Assembly (NCBI GenBank): GCA_965205335.1
Contig: OZ242164.1
Location: forward strand, 256,001 to 320,000
Source of the DNA: Candidatus Woesearchaeota archaeon
GTDB lineage: Archaea > Nanobdellota > Nanobdellia > Woesearchaeales > UBA583
Length of the DNA stretch: 64,000 bases
Reading direction: 5' to 3'
The position numbers and the translations under genes were made by a program. This document shows, in pieces, positions 12,401 to 21,265 of the stretch. The notes under the pieces are model-generated. The model ran no database searches, was not told the origin of the DNA, and saw only the letters and a program-made list of their open reading frames with translations. The stretch's first letter is position 1, and every line of letters begins with the position of its first letter.

Positions 12401-12438
12401 ATCAAAAATATGAAACGTCTAAAAAAACCCAATATCAT
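6490..12438 (-). CDS. Giant secreted Cys-rich protein with a CBM-like module and many Ig-like repeats (1982 aa)
   Basis: N-terminal signal peptide; Cys-rich N-terminal third; NLIKNPSFE...GW CBM4/9-like start; recurring DTxPP and CxDxxG Ig-like motifs; no C-terminal TM. Confidence 0.7.
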   Translation of the reverse strand: MILGFFRRFIFLMFLVMLFSLSFVYSSNHDQCCYNEKSMIVPCSEGGEEVGPYDDQTTSDLCYEYNRDDNRRVCEYVDSGGTEKCSKTVDGGKYIFVIGNRFFPEDVNLSEYCVTLPNYNSSCDDSQSTEGSSIGGGVDQGGINTRNTFDSNDDPDLNQSGNEPSSAQIDILKELCTPSENFIISIFATNSSCETGKQFCIYNPYLGGFFKDNYGSPDNMRDLGLAPAENSCIPKLLIDSCDDYKTKENCNNDRGYGEHRRDIKLNCEWVESSNFSEGYFSDISGICVVKEKLNPELIIRMNKKYYPDRLNLIKNPSFEYDMNSGDPFGWEYNNGNSLKEISDAYHGSYVYYLSEENSLSHTFYFPGNGKTYDPYLYARTESGPFNLTLNVTQFDNTGKEVESKRDKKELASYAFFQKIDFGDVPVGRNISRIEFKLESGGDIEIDSVSFEVLHSSSGNPNSYSEVFKPVQIYPKEASFCHLCYSANNLNLCTKSKSDLLGDCTYMVSNPSEPYNSSLSEYFGKYDNVHMRGDRPWQSQSVSNSELFCEMYLNETSCEDPNNYVNSHYSVYHNMTSKLCKWHNDYGCFKDSNNDDIPDVIKAKPSSYRGASLSDWEADYNWQSNDDNLSDFAFSCDTIPPNSYVYFTAKNLSGEDVTITKGDYGNMVGDVKIYLEYSDFIPPSCEPYLNVSSHNQIYLDVNISSITYSDQFTHNLKLNQRGSNSALLPVSEIFGQVPNAMYNISIRILDQSGNIGKSWDFSGLNMDLYGPNITLVEPSLTKHDTILMTSSSNDFKFNVTGDNGVENCSYSISKSDKSELNNNYVPNSSGYTIPDSDNQFYFNDTIINSTPEGSEVYDITISCIDIFGQKGEVSYTIIADFHTNFVLIEPLDFKTISEKFGYLNETKFFHGVSSDISPEGFNCSLEFDNLSTNATQRLNVSHIENSFTPSGLRGDFHKNITGKMGFNNDGRHEGYVKCIDQNDNEIIQNLTYYYDTVPPELVDFELVDVSTGSEKFVYYSQEDGRFYTRLRKNHGFNINLSLNGTVTWIDKSLNVTFGNESLQLAHSIIGYNESINFSDNSTIGWIYFSYVPSEYTPLPLSGEDNGLNLFNYTVEFRDKAGNVGSGGFKIYQDNSTPNLEIGGEVGKSLISDSNKVYTVKEQPNISVTLNYLSYRNFSCDVSLRQIRETDPIIYDTKNFSSVDSSMKFGVKDFHSGINLSTDGHFNLSLECVDIYNVSFSKSYVIVYDNVPPDLNGIELVGGPIKAFEHEIDNFPFGDLNDSVRFNLSNSENEEAYNCTLKIAPDSDGSNYYTCGESTNVILYSPNLNSSPLVLLIGRAENSAEDGICARKENFDSLLSASLDEDVMTNFIITAHCEDSAGLESSQQSYAFSVGYYSGGFIDSNVNYSSGIAHLSAYSVFPFSNVKVVTEEDIVDVANSDDEILVDNLPQQGLEGGVYTYGKDLDVSGYSDGIYDIRFDGYRYNAVSPSDGIRNELRIDTINPNVSISIPDGEGGEVFTSKFRINLNGSDSPPSGKLKVIKLYLDNALIYEENKEGFVFINDSLLIVSSRYSGGFYLGDMNYSNRDLVFKAGEFNQTYTFRVDLYDYVGNVGSDSITVTTNPMINYDMVSTPGQSYVLSPLHLITNLSAPIISFRISTEDLKCRVYPLIDQKWGRLVRNDTKYFDAVKDSNEADRYSIDLSSVPSFSFDNVLEDENGRSVKVKLSCQNEGIWVNQTIDLRWVDKFSIPDYVLESSNGFRINEYPYLSDITITSVGPFRPIRCMYSFDGSAPSTKFNESLNLQDFAINFKFMQSFNFSSFSDGDYTMKLLCNNAFGIDGPLKEYSFVVAKDEPLVINWAKLIGGSGEQILQEDGINYVADSSALLELSLNRKNVSCEYKLDDSKSFIDIIISFFRRIFFLGWEDLSSTQRYLITSQNNIVFESEHDLSIRCSYDNKDAVKKYEVRYVDNPNPLSINLSSVDGLS

Positions 12439-12503
12439 AAATTAAAAGTTCATAAAATTAATATTTAAATATTACATAAAACTAAAAAGTAAGAACACAA
12501 AAA

Positions 12504-12677
12504 CTATACAACTTCTTCAGAACCGGATTCACCTAAACTCTTAGAATCAGCAGAACCCATTATTTTATGATATATCTCCTGAATATGCCTAGCCTTAGGG
12601 CTACTTAATTTTGAGTGCAATTGCTTTAACCTCTTCTTTCTCTCAAGATAATCTCTTTCGTAATCAGCATCTCCCAT
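12504..12677 (-). CDS. Small hypothetical protein (57 aa)
   Basis: Manual translation MGDADYERDYLERKKRLKQLHSKLSSPKARHIQEIYHKIMGSADSKSLGESGSEEVV*; TTTATA-like box upstream; fills an otherwise empty gap. Confidence 0.5.
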   Translation of the reverse strand: MGDADYERDYLERKKRLKQLHSKLSSPKARHIQEIYHKIMGSADSKSLGESGSEEVV

Positions 12678-12917
12678 TTTTAAATTAAATCTCGTTTTTT
12701 AATATAAATTAGTAATTATTCAAACCAAAGTAACACTCTGTACTTACTTAGAGTAATAATTCATTATTTATAAAGGTTACGTTACTTCTCTTAGAAACAA
12801 AACAAATGAAAAAACGACTGAAAACCCAATTAAACATTACTCTTCCACAAAAAATCCATAAAAAGAACACACATAAAACTACAAATCAGAATATTAAAAA
12901 TCTTAGAACTTGTTAAA

Positions 12918-12990
12918 TGGGATCTCTGGGACTTGAACCCAGGACACCTAGATCTTCAGTCTAGTGCTCTACCAGCTGAGCTAAGACCCC
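12918..12990 (-). tRNA. tRNA-Phe(GAA)
   Basis: Reverse complement GGGGTCTTAGCTCAGCTGGTAGAGCA-CTAGA-CT-GAA-GA-TCTAG-GTGTCCTGGGTTCAAGTCCCAGAGATCCCA. Confidence 0.95.
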
Positions 12991-13135
12991 AAGTAATACC
13001 AAAAGTAAAACTGCTCATTTTATAAATGTTTTTCTTTACAGTCTCTAATTTAAAGTTATTCAATACAAAAGTTGAATAATCAAAACTCACAAATTAAAAA
13101 CTTAGAAATCCCAATCACTAAAACATATACACATC

Positions 13136-14935
13136 TCAAACCACCCTCTTGAACTTTCTCTCTAAATCCTTGTAACTATACCTTAAAAAAGTTGGTCTTC
13201 CATGAGGACAATTAAACGGTTGCTTTAAAGTCCTTAAATTCTCAATCATTCTTCTCATCTGAGGCATTGTCAATTCATCCCCTGCCATAATAGACATCCT
13301 ACATGACATTGAAGCAATCTTTGAGTATTTCTCTTCCTCAACACACTTAATCTTCTTATTAACCAAAACATTATACAAAACATCTCTTAGATTCTGAGCA
13401 TGAACTATTTCCTGCCTTACATTTATTGGAACTTCCCTAACCAAAATCTCATTCTCTCCAAACCTCTCGGTTCTAAACCCAATTTTCTCCATAACATCCC
13501 TATTCTCCTCATACAAAAGCATATCCGAATTTGTCAAATGAACTATCTCTGATTTTAAAAGAACCTGAGTCTTTGCACTTCCCTTCTCAATCTGCTTCTT
13601 AAACCTCTCAAAATAATACTTCTCCTCACACACATGCTGATCCACTAAAAGAAGTTCCTTTGGCGTCTCAATTACAATATAAGTCTTATTTAACTGCCCT
13701 AAAATCTTATACTCCTTTAACTCATCATACAAAACACCCTTTTCCTCAACTTGAACATCCACATCCGTATAAGACACCTTATCAGATTTCTCAACCATCA
13801 CCTCATCCTCACTAAGAACAAAACTTGTTTGTTTCTCACCAGAATAATACTTAGAACGTTCTTTCCCTTCCTCTCTTTCTAATCCCTTTGATGTTACAAC
13901 CTCAACATCATAAGCCTCCAAATCCCTATCAGACTCAAACTCCTTAAACATTTCTTTCGTCTCAAACTGCTTCTCAACTGCCCTTCTAACCATTTCATAA
14001 ATCTCTTCCTCATTCTCAAACTTAACCTCAATCTTAGTAGGATGAATATTCACATCAATTATCTCTGGGTCAATATCAATAAAAAGCACAAAAAAAGGAT
14101 GCCTTTTAACCATAAGATTTGAGCCAAACCCATCATAAACAGCATCCCTTATCAACTTAGACTTAACAAATCTCCCATTCACATAAACATACTGATTCTT
14201 CCTAAAAGAATAAGTCAGACTTGATGGTTTCCCTATAAACCCACAAACTCTAATTCCTTCTATCCTCTCATCCAACTCCAACAAATTCCCATTAAGCTCA
14301 CGCCCTAAAACATAAAACAAATTCTCTTCTTTTCCCTTAAAACTTGGTTTATTCACAAGAATCTTTCCATTATGCTTCAATGTAATCTTAACATCATTAT
14401 AAAACACCTCAAATCTGTTCACAACATCAACTATTGCTTTTAACTCCAATGCCTTTGACTTAAGATACTTCCTTCTTGCAGGAGTATTATAAAACAAATC
14501 ATCTACAATCACTGTTGTTGACTTGCTGCAAGAAGCCTCTTTCACCTCATCTACATTCTCACATGATATCTCATAAGCAACATCCTGCTTTTGGGGTTTT
14601 GAAATTATCCTTGCTTTCGCAACCGAAAAAATTGAAGCCAAAGCCTCTCCGCGAAAACCCATCGTACTAATACTATACAAATCATCAAAAGACTGAATCT
14701 TAGAAGTTGCATGCCTTAAAGGAGCTTTTAACAAATCATCCTTTGAAATTCCTCTCCCATTATCAATTACCTGAATTCTCTTCAAACCAGACTCTTCAAT
14801 CAAAATCTCTATCTCATCAGCACCTGAATCTATTGAATTCTCAACTAACTCCTTAACAACAGCCCCAGGATTCTCTATAACCTCTCCTGCTGCAATCTGA
14901 GATACAATATCATCACGAAGAAGTTTAATAACCAT
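13136..14935 (-). CDS. mutL: DNA mismatch repair endonuclease MutL
   Basis: IAAGEVIE, KELVENSID, HATSKI and GFRGEAL GHKL motifs; C-terminal DQH..EE, SCR and CPHGRP. Confidence 0.96.
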   Translation of the reverse strand: MVIKLLRDDIVSQIAAGEVIENPGAVVKELVENSIDSGADEIEILIEESGLKRIQVIDNGRGISKDDLLKAPLRHATSKIQSFDDLYSISTMGFRGEALASIFSVAKARIISKPQKQDVAYEISCENVDEVKEASCSKSTTVIVDDLFYNTPARRKYLKSKALELKAIVDVVNRFEVFYNDVKITLKHNGKILVNKPSFKGKEENLFYVLGRELNGNLLELDERIEGIRVCGFIGKPSSLTYSFRKNQYVYVNGRFVKSKLIRDAVYDGFGSNLMVKRHPFFVLFIDIDPEIIDVNIHPTKIEVKFENEEEIYEMVRRAVEKQFETKEMFKEFESDRDLEAYDVEVVTSKGLEREEGKERSKYYSGEKQTSFVLSEDEVMVEKSDKVSYTDVDVQVEEKGVLYDELKEYKILGQLNKTYIVIETPKELLLVDQHVCEEKYYFERFKKQIEKGSAKTQVLLKSEIVHLTNSDMLLYEENRDVMEKIGFRTERFGENEILVREVPINVRQEIVHAQNLRDVLYNVLVNKKIKCVEEEKYSKIASMSCRMSIMAGDELTMPQMRRMIENLRTLKQPFNCPHGRPTFLRYSYKDLERKFKRVV

Positions 14936-14969
14936 AAAAAGAAAAAAACAAAAAACTATATAAAATTAA

Positions 14970-15860
14970 TTATTTATAAAAAAACCTTCTTACAAGTCTA
15001 TATACTCCATAAACAACACCAAAAGGAATAACAAACCCTACAATTACAACCACAACCAATATACTATACTTAAGCGATGACAAGAAAAGCCCTGCTAAAT
15101 CCTTAAAACTGAAAAAATCAACCTCATCTACAATAGATGGTTCTTTCGTCTTTTCTCTCATATACAAACTCACAGAAGAATAATCAACATCCTCCTGCAA
15201 TGAACCAATTCTGCCCCTCAGACGAAAAACCTTATCCTCTAATTCATCGATTCTTGACTGGAGTTTAATCTCTTCCTCAATTGAAACATCCTCTCTTAAC
15301 AACATCGCATTATACCTATCCATTTGTGAAGTATACCTCTTCAGCCTATTTGTATAATCAACATACACTCCCGTCACATCATCCGAACTTATATCCAAAC
15401 TTATAACCTCACCATAACCTTCAATCTCATTAACAAAAATATCTAATTTATCAGAATCTACCTTAATACTATATCTAACATACCTCTTATCATCATAATC
15501 CCTTGACTCCCTCTCATACAAAACAATAGCCCCATGAGCTCTAACAGAATTACCCACACCAAGCTTTGAAGCATTATAGTCATTAGTTTCAATCTCTAAA
15601 TTGGCATTCTTTCTTACCTTTCTTTCATCAACCTCTAAGGCGTCACTTCTTACACTCTCACGATAATAAGGCGAACCATCATAATAAGCCTCTGCATATC
15701 CATAATCTGCTGATGACAAACTCTTACTACTCAAATAATCCAAAGAACCACTATCAATCATTACACCCACAAAACCTACAAGACTTAATAGTACCAATAC
15801 AATTAAAAATATAATAATATAATTCTTCTTTATATTTTTCACCAAACCCATAAAATCCAA
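14970..15860 (-). CDS. DUF4349-like membrane-anchored coiled-coil protein
   Basis: N- and C-terminal TM segments; ERKVRKNANLEIE, DVTGVYVD and VDYSSV pattern. Confidence 0.75.
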   Translation of the reverse strand: MDFMGLVKNIKKNYIIIFLIVLVLLSLVGFVGVMIDSGSLDYLSSKSLSSADYGYAEAYYDGSPYYRESVRSDALEVDERKVRKNANLEIETNDYNASKLGVGNSVRAHGAIVLYERESRDYDDKRYVRYSIKVDSDKLDIFVNEIEGYGEVISLDISSDDVTGVYVDYTNRLKRYTSQMDRYNAMLLREDVSIEEEIKLQSRIDELEDKVFRLRGRIGSLQEDVDYSSVSLYMREKTKEPSIVDEVDFFSFKDLAGLFLSSLKYSILVVVVIVGFVIPFGVVYGVYRLVRRFFYK

Positions 15861-15937
15861 AGAGATTACCTACTTATAAAAATTTGCATTCCCATCAAAC
15901 AACAAACTCACGTTATTATAAAATTATTTATTACTTC

Positions 15938-16579
15938 CTACTTCCATACACTCATAGGTTGGATTTCTCTCCTACATTTCTCAGCCCTAAGAGAAGGTTT
16001 AGCCCCACAGCCAGAAATTATGAATTCAAGTGTCTCCTTCAATCTTCCCAAAACTTTCTTTATTGGTTCTTCTCCATCTGAAATGTGAAACTGATTAGGC
16101 CAGAGGAAAATATAGCCTCTCTCTTCCCTAAAACTATCTAACTTTTCCTCTGTATCATCAACTAAAATACTATTCTCACCTGCAAGCATATATTTCCCTG
16201 AAGTAAATATAGGAGGAAGTGAAAGTCCACCAAAATACTTATATACTAACCTTACTCTCTCAGCATACGCATTTGAAATCTCATTGGGATCTTCGCTATG
16301 AATACCAACAGAAGTAAGAATTCCAACTCTCCCATACTCACTGCAAGTACTTACTAAACGATCTGCCCAAGGAAAAACTTTCAAATTATCCCAAAACTCC
16401 CTAGGATTTAAAGATACTCTGTTCCAACAACCCGAAAGAACATCTCTATATTTCTCTCCATCTTTTAGTCTTCGGATATAACCATCATGTTCTCCCCCAG
16501 GATACAATCTAAGCAAACCTCCAGCCAAATCAACCAGAACCCCATTCAAGTCAAGAAATATCTTTAGCCCATCCTCCAC
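15938..16579 (-). CDS. HAD-superfamily 5'(3')-deoxyribonucleotidase (NT5C)-like protein
   Basis: IFLDLNGVLVD motif I, FWDNLKVFP, ILTS, K...ILVDD motif IV; GTG start. Confidence 0.7.
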   Translation of the reverse strand: MEDGLKIFLDLNGVLVDLAGGLLRLYPGGEHDGYIRRLKDGEKYRDVLSGCWNRVSLNPREFWDNLKVFPWADRLVSTCSEYGRVGILTSVGIHSEDPNEISNAYAERVRLVYKYFGGLSLPPIFTSGKYMLAGENSILVDDTEEKLDSFREERGYIFLWPNQFHISDGEEPIKKVLGRLKETLEFIISGCGAKPSLRAEKCRREIQPMSVWK

Positions 16580-16609
16580 TATAAAGTAATATTTTCATAA
16601 TATATAAAA

Positions 16610-17524
16610 TTAACGAAACTCCTTGCTTATATACTCAAACGCTGAATACGCCGCAACACTACCTTCCGCTGCACCTATTATTCCCTGCTTCCATTCTGAA
16701 TCTGTTACATCGCCTGCAGCATAAACCCCCTTAACATTTGTTCTTGAAAGCCTGTCAATCACAACCTCTCCCTTTTCATTTAATTCAACTCCCAAACTCT
16801 TTGCAAACTCATTTTGCGGAAGCATTCCAACTGCAATAAACAACCCTTCAAGTTCAAACTTATCTCCATTATCCAACTCAACTCCCTTTAACTTTTCACT
16901 CTCTCCGAAAATTTCTTTCACCACAACTCCCTGTATTATCTCAACATTCTCAATCTTTCTTATCCTGTCTGCATTAATTGGCTCTGCTTTCAAATACGTT
17001 CTAATAAACATATAAACCTTAGACGAATTCTGTGACAAAACCATCGCCTCCTTTGCAGCAGAATCTGAGCCACCAACTATCCCAACTACCTTATTCTTAT
17101 AAAACGGACCATCACAAGTAGCGCAATACGAAACCCCATTATTCATATACTCCTTTTCACCTGGAGCATTCAGATGCTTGTGCTTTGTTCCTGTTGCAAG
17201 TATTACTGTCTTTGACTTCAACTCCAACTCTTGAATATCTGTTTTTATCTCAAAATAATCTCTCTTCCTCTCAACCGAAACCACAATATCATTTAAAATC
17301 GGAACATTATTTGCCTCAACATGTCTCTCCAACTTATCCGCAAGTTCCTGTCCTGTCAGAGAAACAAACCCAGGATAATTCTCAACAAGATGCGTTGTTG
17401 TAATAAGTCCTCCCTTCTCCTTTGCAATAACTAAAGTCTTCAAATTAAACCTTGAGGCATAAACTGCTGCAGGATACCCCGCACATCCTCCACCAATAAT
17501 AATTAAATCATATTCAGTATCCAT
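16610..17524 (-). CDS. trxB: Thioredoxin reductase
   Basis: GGGCAG FAD motif, VENYPG, GVSYCATCDG, GGSDSA and AAGDVT. Confidence 0.95.
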   Translation of the reverse strand: MDTEYDLIIIGGGCAGYPAAVYASRFNLKTLVIAKEKGGLITTTHLVENYPGFVSLTGQELADKLERHVEANNVPILNDIVVSVERKRDYFEIKTDIQELELKSKTVILATGTKHKHLNAPGEKEYMNNGVSYCATCDGPFYKNKVVGIVGGSDSAAKEAMVLSQNSSKVYMFIRTYLKAEPINADRIRKIENVEIIQGVVVKEIFGESEKLKGVELDNGDKFELEGLFIAVGMLPQNEFAKSLGVELNEKGEVVIDRLSRTNVKGVYAAGDVTDSEWKQGIIGAAEGSVAAYSAFEYISKEFR

Positions 17525-17596
17525 ACAATTCTAAAAACAACAACTCTTTATTAAAATTTCGTTACACAACACATTAATAAAAAAATAAAAAATACA

Positions 17597-18142
17597 TTAA
17601 CTCTTATAACTATGATGCCTCTTAGAATCAACTCTTTTCTTTGCGGCAAGAATCTCTCTAATATAAACTCTGCCAACATCCTCTTCTCTAATATCAAGTT
17701 TCTTTATATACATTTGCACCTTTTCATACGAATAAGACTCAATCTCAAGAATTGGATCAAGACCCACATACTCATCCAAATCAAAAGTTACATCATCCAA
17801 CCTATACTCAGTTCTATACTTAGTCAGCTCAAAAATTTTAATATAGCCTAGCTCATTTAAAATCCTACGCATAACCTTAAAATTTGAAATCTTTACACCA
17901 ATCTCATCACGCCCCGTTATATTCTGAACTGAGTTTTTCTTCCCTTTCAAACTCAAATAAATATACCTTCCTTTCTGTCTTATCCTAAGCGCCTTTCCAC
18001 CTCTTGACAAATCCCTATCAGGAGTATCAAACCTATAATCCACAACTTTTCCTGTAAATACTTTTAAAGCACCCAAATTCTCAATCTTTTTCACGATAAC
18101 ATTCTTATCAATATTTCTAATCTTAACTTCAACCTCTTTCAT
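17597..18142 (-). CDS. CYTH-domain protein (class IV adenylate cyclase CyaB-like)
   Basis: EVEVK N-terminal motif, ALRIR, KYRTEY and LEIE. Confidence 0.85.
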   Translation of the reverse strand: MKEVEVKIRNIDKNVIVKKIENLGALKVFTGKVVDYRFDTPDRDLSRGGKALRIRQKGRYIYLSLKGKKNSVQNITGRDEIGVKISNFKVMRRILNELGYIKIFELTKYRTEYRLDDVTFDLDEYVGLDPILEIESYSYEKVQMYIKKLDIREEDVGRVYIREILAAKKRVDSKRHHSYKS

Positions 18143-18242
18143 TTCTCATTTCCCCAAAACTACTATACAAAACGCGAGTAACTTTCTTTAACACTAACAA
18201 CACAAATTCATGCAAGATCTCAAATCTTAAATATCTCACATA

Positions 18243-19174
18243 CTATAACATTGTAATAATCGATTTCTTATTATTAACAAAAACAACGCAATCCTCATAC
18301 TGTGATACCACCGAACCATCAACAGTAGACAATGTGTCATACTCGTAAATTATTCCATTACCCTTTAGTACTTTCAGTGCATACTTAACCTTTCTTATAT
18401 CAAACCCCTTCGGAGCACTTGAATTCAAAGTTCTAATTATATCCTCTACTAACCACCTCTTTGAAAAAGGCAGATAAGGATAGTTTTCCTTAATATAACC
18501 AAGAACCTTTTTTGCAATAGGATCTCGAATAGGCTTATTACCTTTTAGATGAATTACATTTGAGGGTCCACACGACTTCACTTCTGGATTTCCAGTTGTA
18601 AAAAATGGTTCTATCGCAAGTTGCATATCATCCTCAATCTTCTGAAGGTTCTTATTTACAAAATTTGGAACAGACAACCCAGAATGCAAATTATTTTGAC
18701 CAATCTGATGCCCACACAAATTATGTATAGTCTCATATCCATACTTTCTTGCAACACTATGAACAGTTTCTCCTAAATCATTCATCGTAACTCCTATCTG
18801 TGCTTTATCCATTACAGCATTAAGTCCCTCTAAATTTGCTTTCATCAAACTCTCATACTCATTAGTTTCAATCTCAACTGTAAAAGCATTATCTGTTATA
18901 AAACCATCTTGGGATATTCCGAAATCAATCTTAACTAAATCTCCCCTCTTAAGCAAATATCCCTCATCAAATACAGTATAATGAGCGGCAACATCATTAA
19001 CACTAACTGTCGCTGGGAATGCAGGCATATAACCCTCTCCAAAATCCTCTTCTCAATATAATCTATGATTTGGGTTATATCCATTCCTACTTTGGGTAAA
19101 ACTGACACTTCCTTTCTAATAACTCTTGTCAGCCTACCCAATTTTTCCAAAACATTAATATCTAGTTCACTCAT
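18243..19174 (-). CDS. map: Methionine aminopeptidase type II, frameshifted near 19041-19044 in this assembly
   Basis: PAFP..SVNDVAAHYT, KIDFG, DNAFT, NLCGH, AIEPF and QYED motifs; the N-terminal ~45 aa lie in another frame and join if one base is added (e.g. T4 to T5). Confidence 0.88.
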
Positions 19175-19254
19175 TAATAATTCAAACACTCATTATTATA
19201 TAAAACTTAGGTTTATCAAATCCTTATTCAACACATGCAATAAAATAAAAACAA

Positions 19255-20163
19255 TTAAAAATATCTATCCAGATACTCATTAACCTTCTTCTTAGTTATT
19301 CCATAATTAACCAAACCTTTACTTATGGAATCTCTTGAATGCTCAGACTTATACTTTAAAATATACTCCTTGCACATCAACTCTTCCTCACTCATCTTAC
19401 TACTTTCAGAAGGATTGGAAATTTCTCTAATTCTACTCTTACGTCTGGAAACAACAATAATTAAAATAATCACAATTAAAAGAACTACTCCTGCTGATGC
19501 TCCAATATAATAAGTTAGAGGATTAACCTTTGATGCAACAATAACTGCACTATCTCTTTCTCTCAAATCAAAAATATCCATCGTCACCCTATTCTCATTC
19601 ACAACTCCAACCTCAGAAGATTCTACTTTTGCAGGCAGTGTAACTGCATATGTGGTTTTTGCACCTAAGGCCCTAAGTTGTGGCAGGGTATCAACAAAAT
19701 CCTCACTATTATCATCAGATGAAGAAAAATCTCCAGAATCAAAATTGGAATTCAGTTTATTTATCAACTCAAAAACTCCCAAAGCATTATACGTGTATGT
19801 AATTTTTGGCAATCCTTTTTTAACTTCAAAAAACTCAGAAGTCACCTGCCATTTTCCCTTAAGAACTACTAAACCATCCTCTGTTACACTGCAATCAAAA
19901 CCAAATTCCTTAACACTCCCCAAACCTCCCTCATCATCACATGCTCCATCCATTATTTCATCAACTCCACTTGTTTCCTCAGACTGCAGACCCTCTTCGA
20001 GTTTGCCAAAAGAACTAATAATATTTGAAAAATCATATTTAATCACAACATCAGAACTGCCATCCTCTCTCAATTCCTGTTCAATCCCCATATTCACACA
20101 TCCACTAAAAAATAAAACAGCAAAAGCCAAAAACAAATAACTAATAAATTCCTTCACATCCAT
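19255..20163 (-). CDS. Membrane-anchored lipoprotein-like (LppM-like) surface protein
   Basis: FFSGC lipobox-like signal, ELREDGS, YAVTLPAKV; C-terminal TM followed by a small helical cytoplasmic domain. Confidence 0.55.
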   Translation of the reverse strand: MDVKEFISYLFLAFAVLFFSGCVNMGIEQELREDGSSDVVIKYDFSNIISSFGKLEEGLQSEETSGVDEIMDGACDDEGGLGSVKEFGFDCSVTEDGLVVLKGKWQVTSEFFEVKKGLPKITYTYNALGVFELINKLNSNFDSGDFSSSDDNSEDFVDTLPQLRALGAKTTYAVTLPAKVESSEVGVVNENRVTMDIFDLRERDSAVIVASKVNPLTYYIGASAGVVLLIVIILIIVVSRRKSRIREISNPSESSKMSEEELMCKEYILKYKSEHSRDSISKGLVNYGITKKKVNEYLDRYF

Positions 20164-20290
20164 TATGTCCTATAAGAATTAAAATCTATAAGAATATTAC
20201 TAACTATCAATAAAAGACAACAACTAATCATAATAAAACACTACATAACTTCTTATTCAAAGACGATAAATATCCCTTACATATCAATCC

Positions 20291-21265
20291 CTATCTCAAA
20301 CCCTTTCTCTTCATAACCTTCTTTACCGCCTTTATTATCTTCTCTGTTGAAATCCCATACTTATCCATTAATTCATATCCTCGTCCACTCTCTCCAAAAG
20401 AATCCTTCATACCAACAAACTCAACAGGCACAGGATAAACTCCTGAAAGATACTCACAAACCGCTCCTCCAAGTCCTCCTATTATCTGATGCTCTTCACA
20501 CGTTACAACTGCATTAGTCTTCTTCGCATACTTCAAAACAGTCTTCTCATCAAGCGGTTTAATTGTATGCATATTAACCAAAGTTGCCTTAATCCCTTCC
20601 TCTCTAAGTTCTGATACAGCCCTAAGAGCAAACTGAACAGTTAAACCGCACGCAATTATCATAACATCATCTCCCTCATCTAAAACATTGGCAACGCCTA
20701 TCTTAAACTTATCTGATTTCTTAGTGATATTCAAAGACTTCTCTCTAGAAATCCTAAGATAACAAGGACCCTTATACTTTGCAATTTCAATAGTTGCCTT
20801 TCTCGTCTCCTCTTCATCACAGGGAACTACAACAACCAAATTAGGTAGAACACGAGTAATTGCAATATCCTCTAAAACCTGATGAGTTGCTCCATCTTCT
20901 CCTGTCGTAAGCCCTGCATGGCCCCCCAAAACTTTAACGTTGCGGTTAGAATAACAAACTGAAACCCTGAGCTGATCCCAATTTCTCCCGGGATTAAATG
21001 CCGCAAAAGAAGTAACAAAAGGAATCTTCCCATTCAGACACATACCCGATGCAGCGCCCATCATATTCTGCTCGCAAACTCCCATCTGAAAATATCTCAG
21101 GGGAAACTTCTTTGCAAAAGCACTCACCCTAACAGAATCTGTTAAATCAGCACACAACGCAACAACATTCTTATTCTCCTTTCCTACATCCAAAAGTCCC
21201 TGCCCAAAACCATCCCTTGTAGAGCCCTTTGAATTACAATCAATATTATCATAATACACCATCAT
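20291..21265 (-). CDS. Transketolase, C-terminal (pyrimidine-binding) subunit
   Basis: ADL, GVCEQNM, GEDGATHQ and EEH..IGGLG motifs; ATGA overlap with the N-terminal subunit gene. Confidence 0.94.
   Translation of the reverse strand: MMVYYDNIDCNSKGSTRDGFGQGLLDVGKENKNVVALCADLTDSVRVSAFAKKFPLRYFQMGVCEQNMMGAASGMCLNGKIPFVTSFAAFNPGRNWDQLRVSVCYSNRNVKVLGGHAGLTTGEDGATHQVLEDIAITRVLPNLVVVVPCDEEETRKATIEIAKYKGPCYLRISREKSLNITKKSDKFKIGVANVLDEGDDVMIIACGLTVQFALRAVSELREEGIKATLVNMHTIKPLDEKTVLKYAKKTNAVVTCEEHQIIGGLGGAVCEYLSGVYPVPVEFVGMKDSFGESGRGYELMDKYGISTEKIIKAVKKVMKRKGLR

Noticed and set aside
12728-12787. Short inverted repeats (AAGTAAC...GTTACTT, ACTCT...AGAGT) as an operator or ncRNA
   Set aside because: The stems are short and AT-rich and could arise by chance; no convincing second occurrence
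19030-19050. Frameshift in map as programmed frameshifting or true pseudogenisation
   Set aside because: MAP is normally essential, both halves are undecayed, and one extra base in a short T run repairs it; an assembly indel is the simplest explanation, which also lowers confidence in other single-base disruptions
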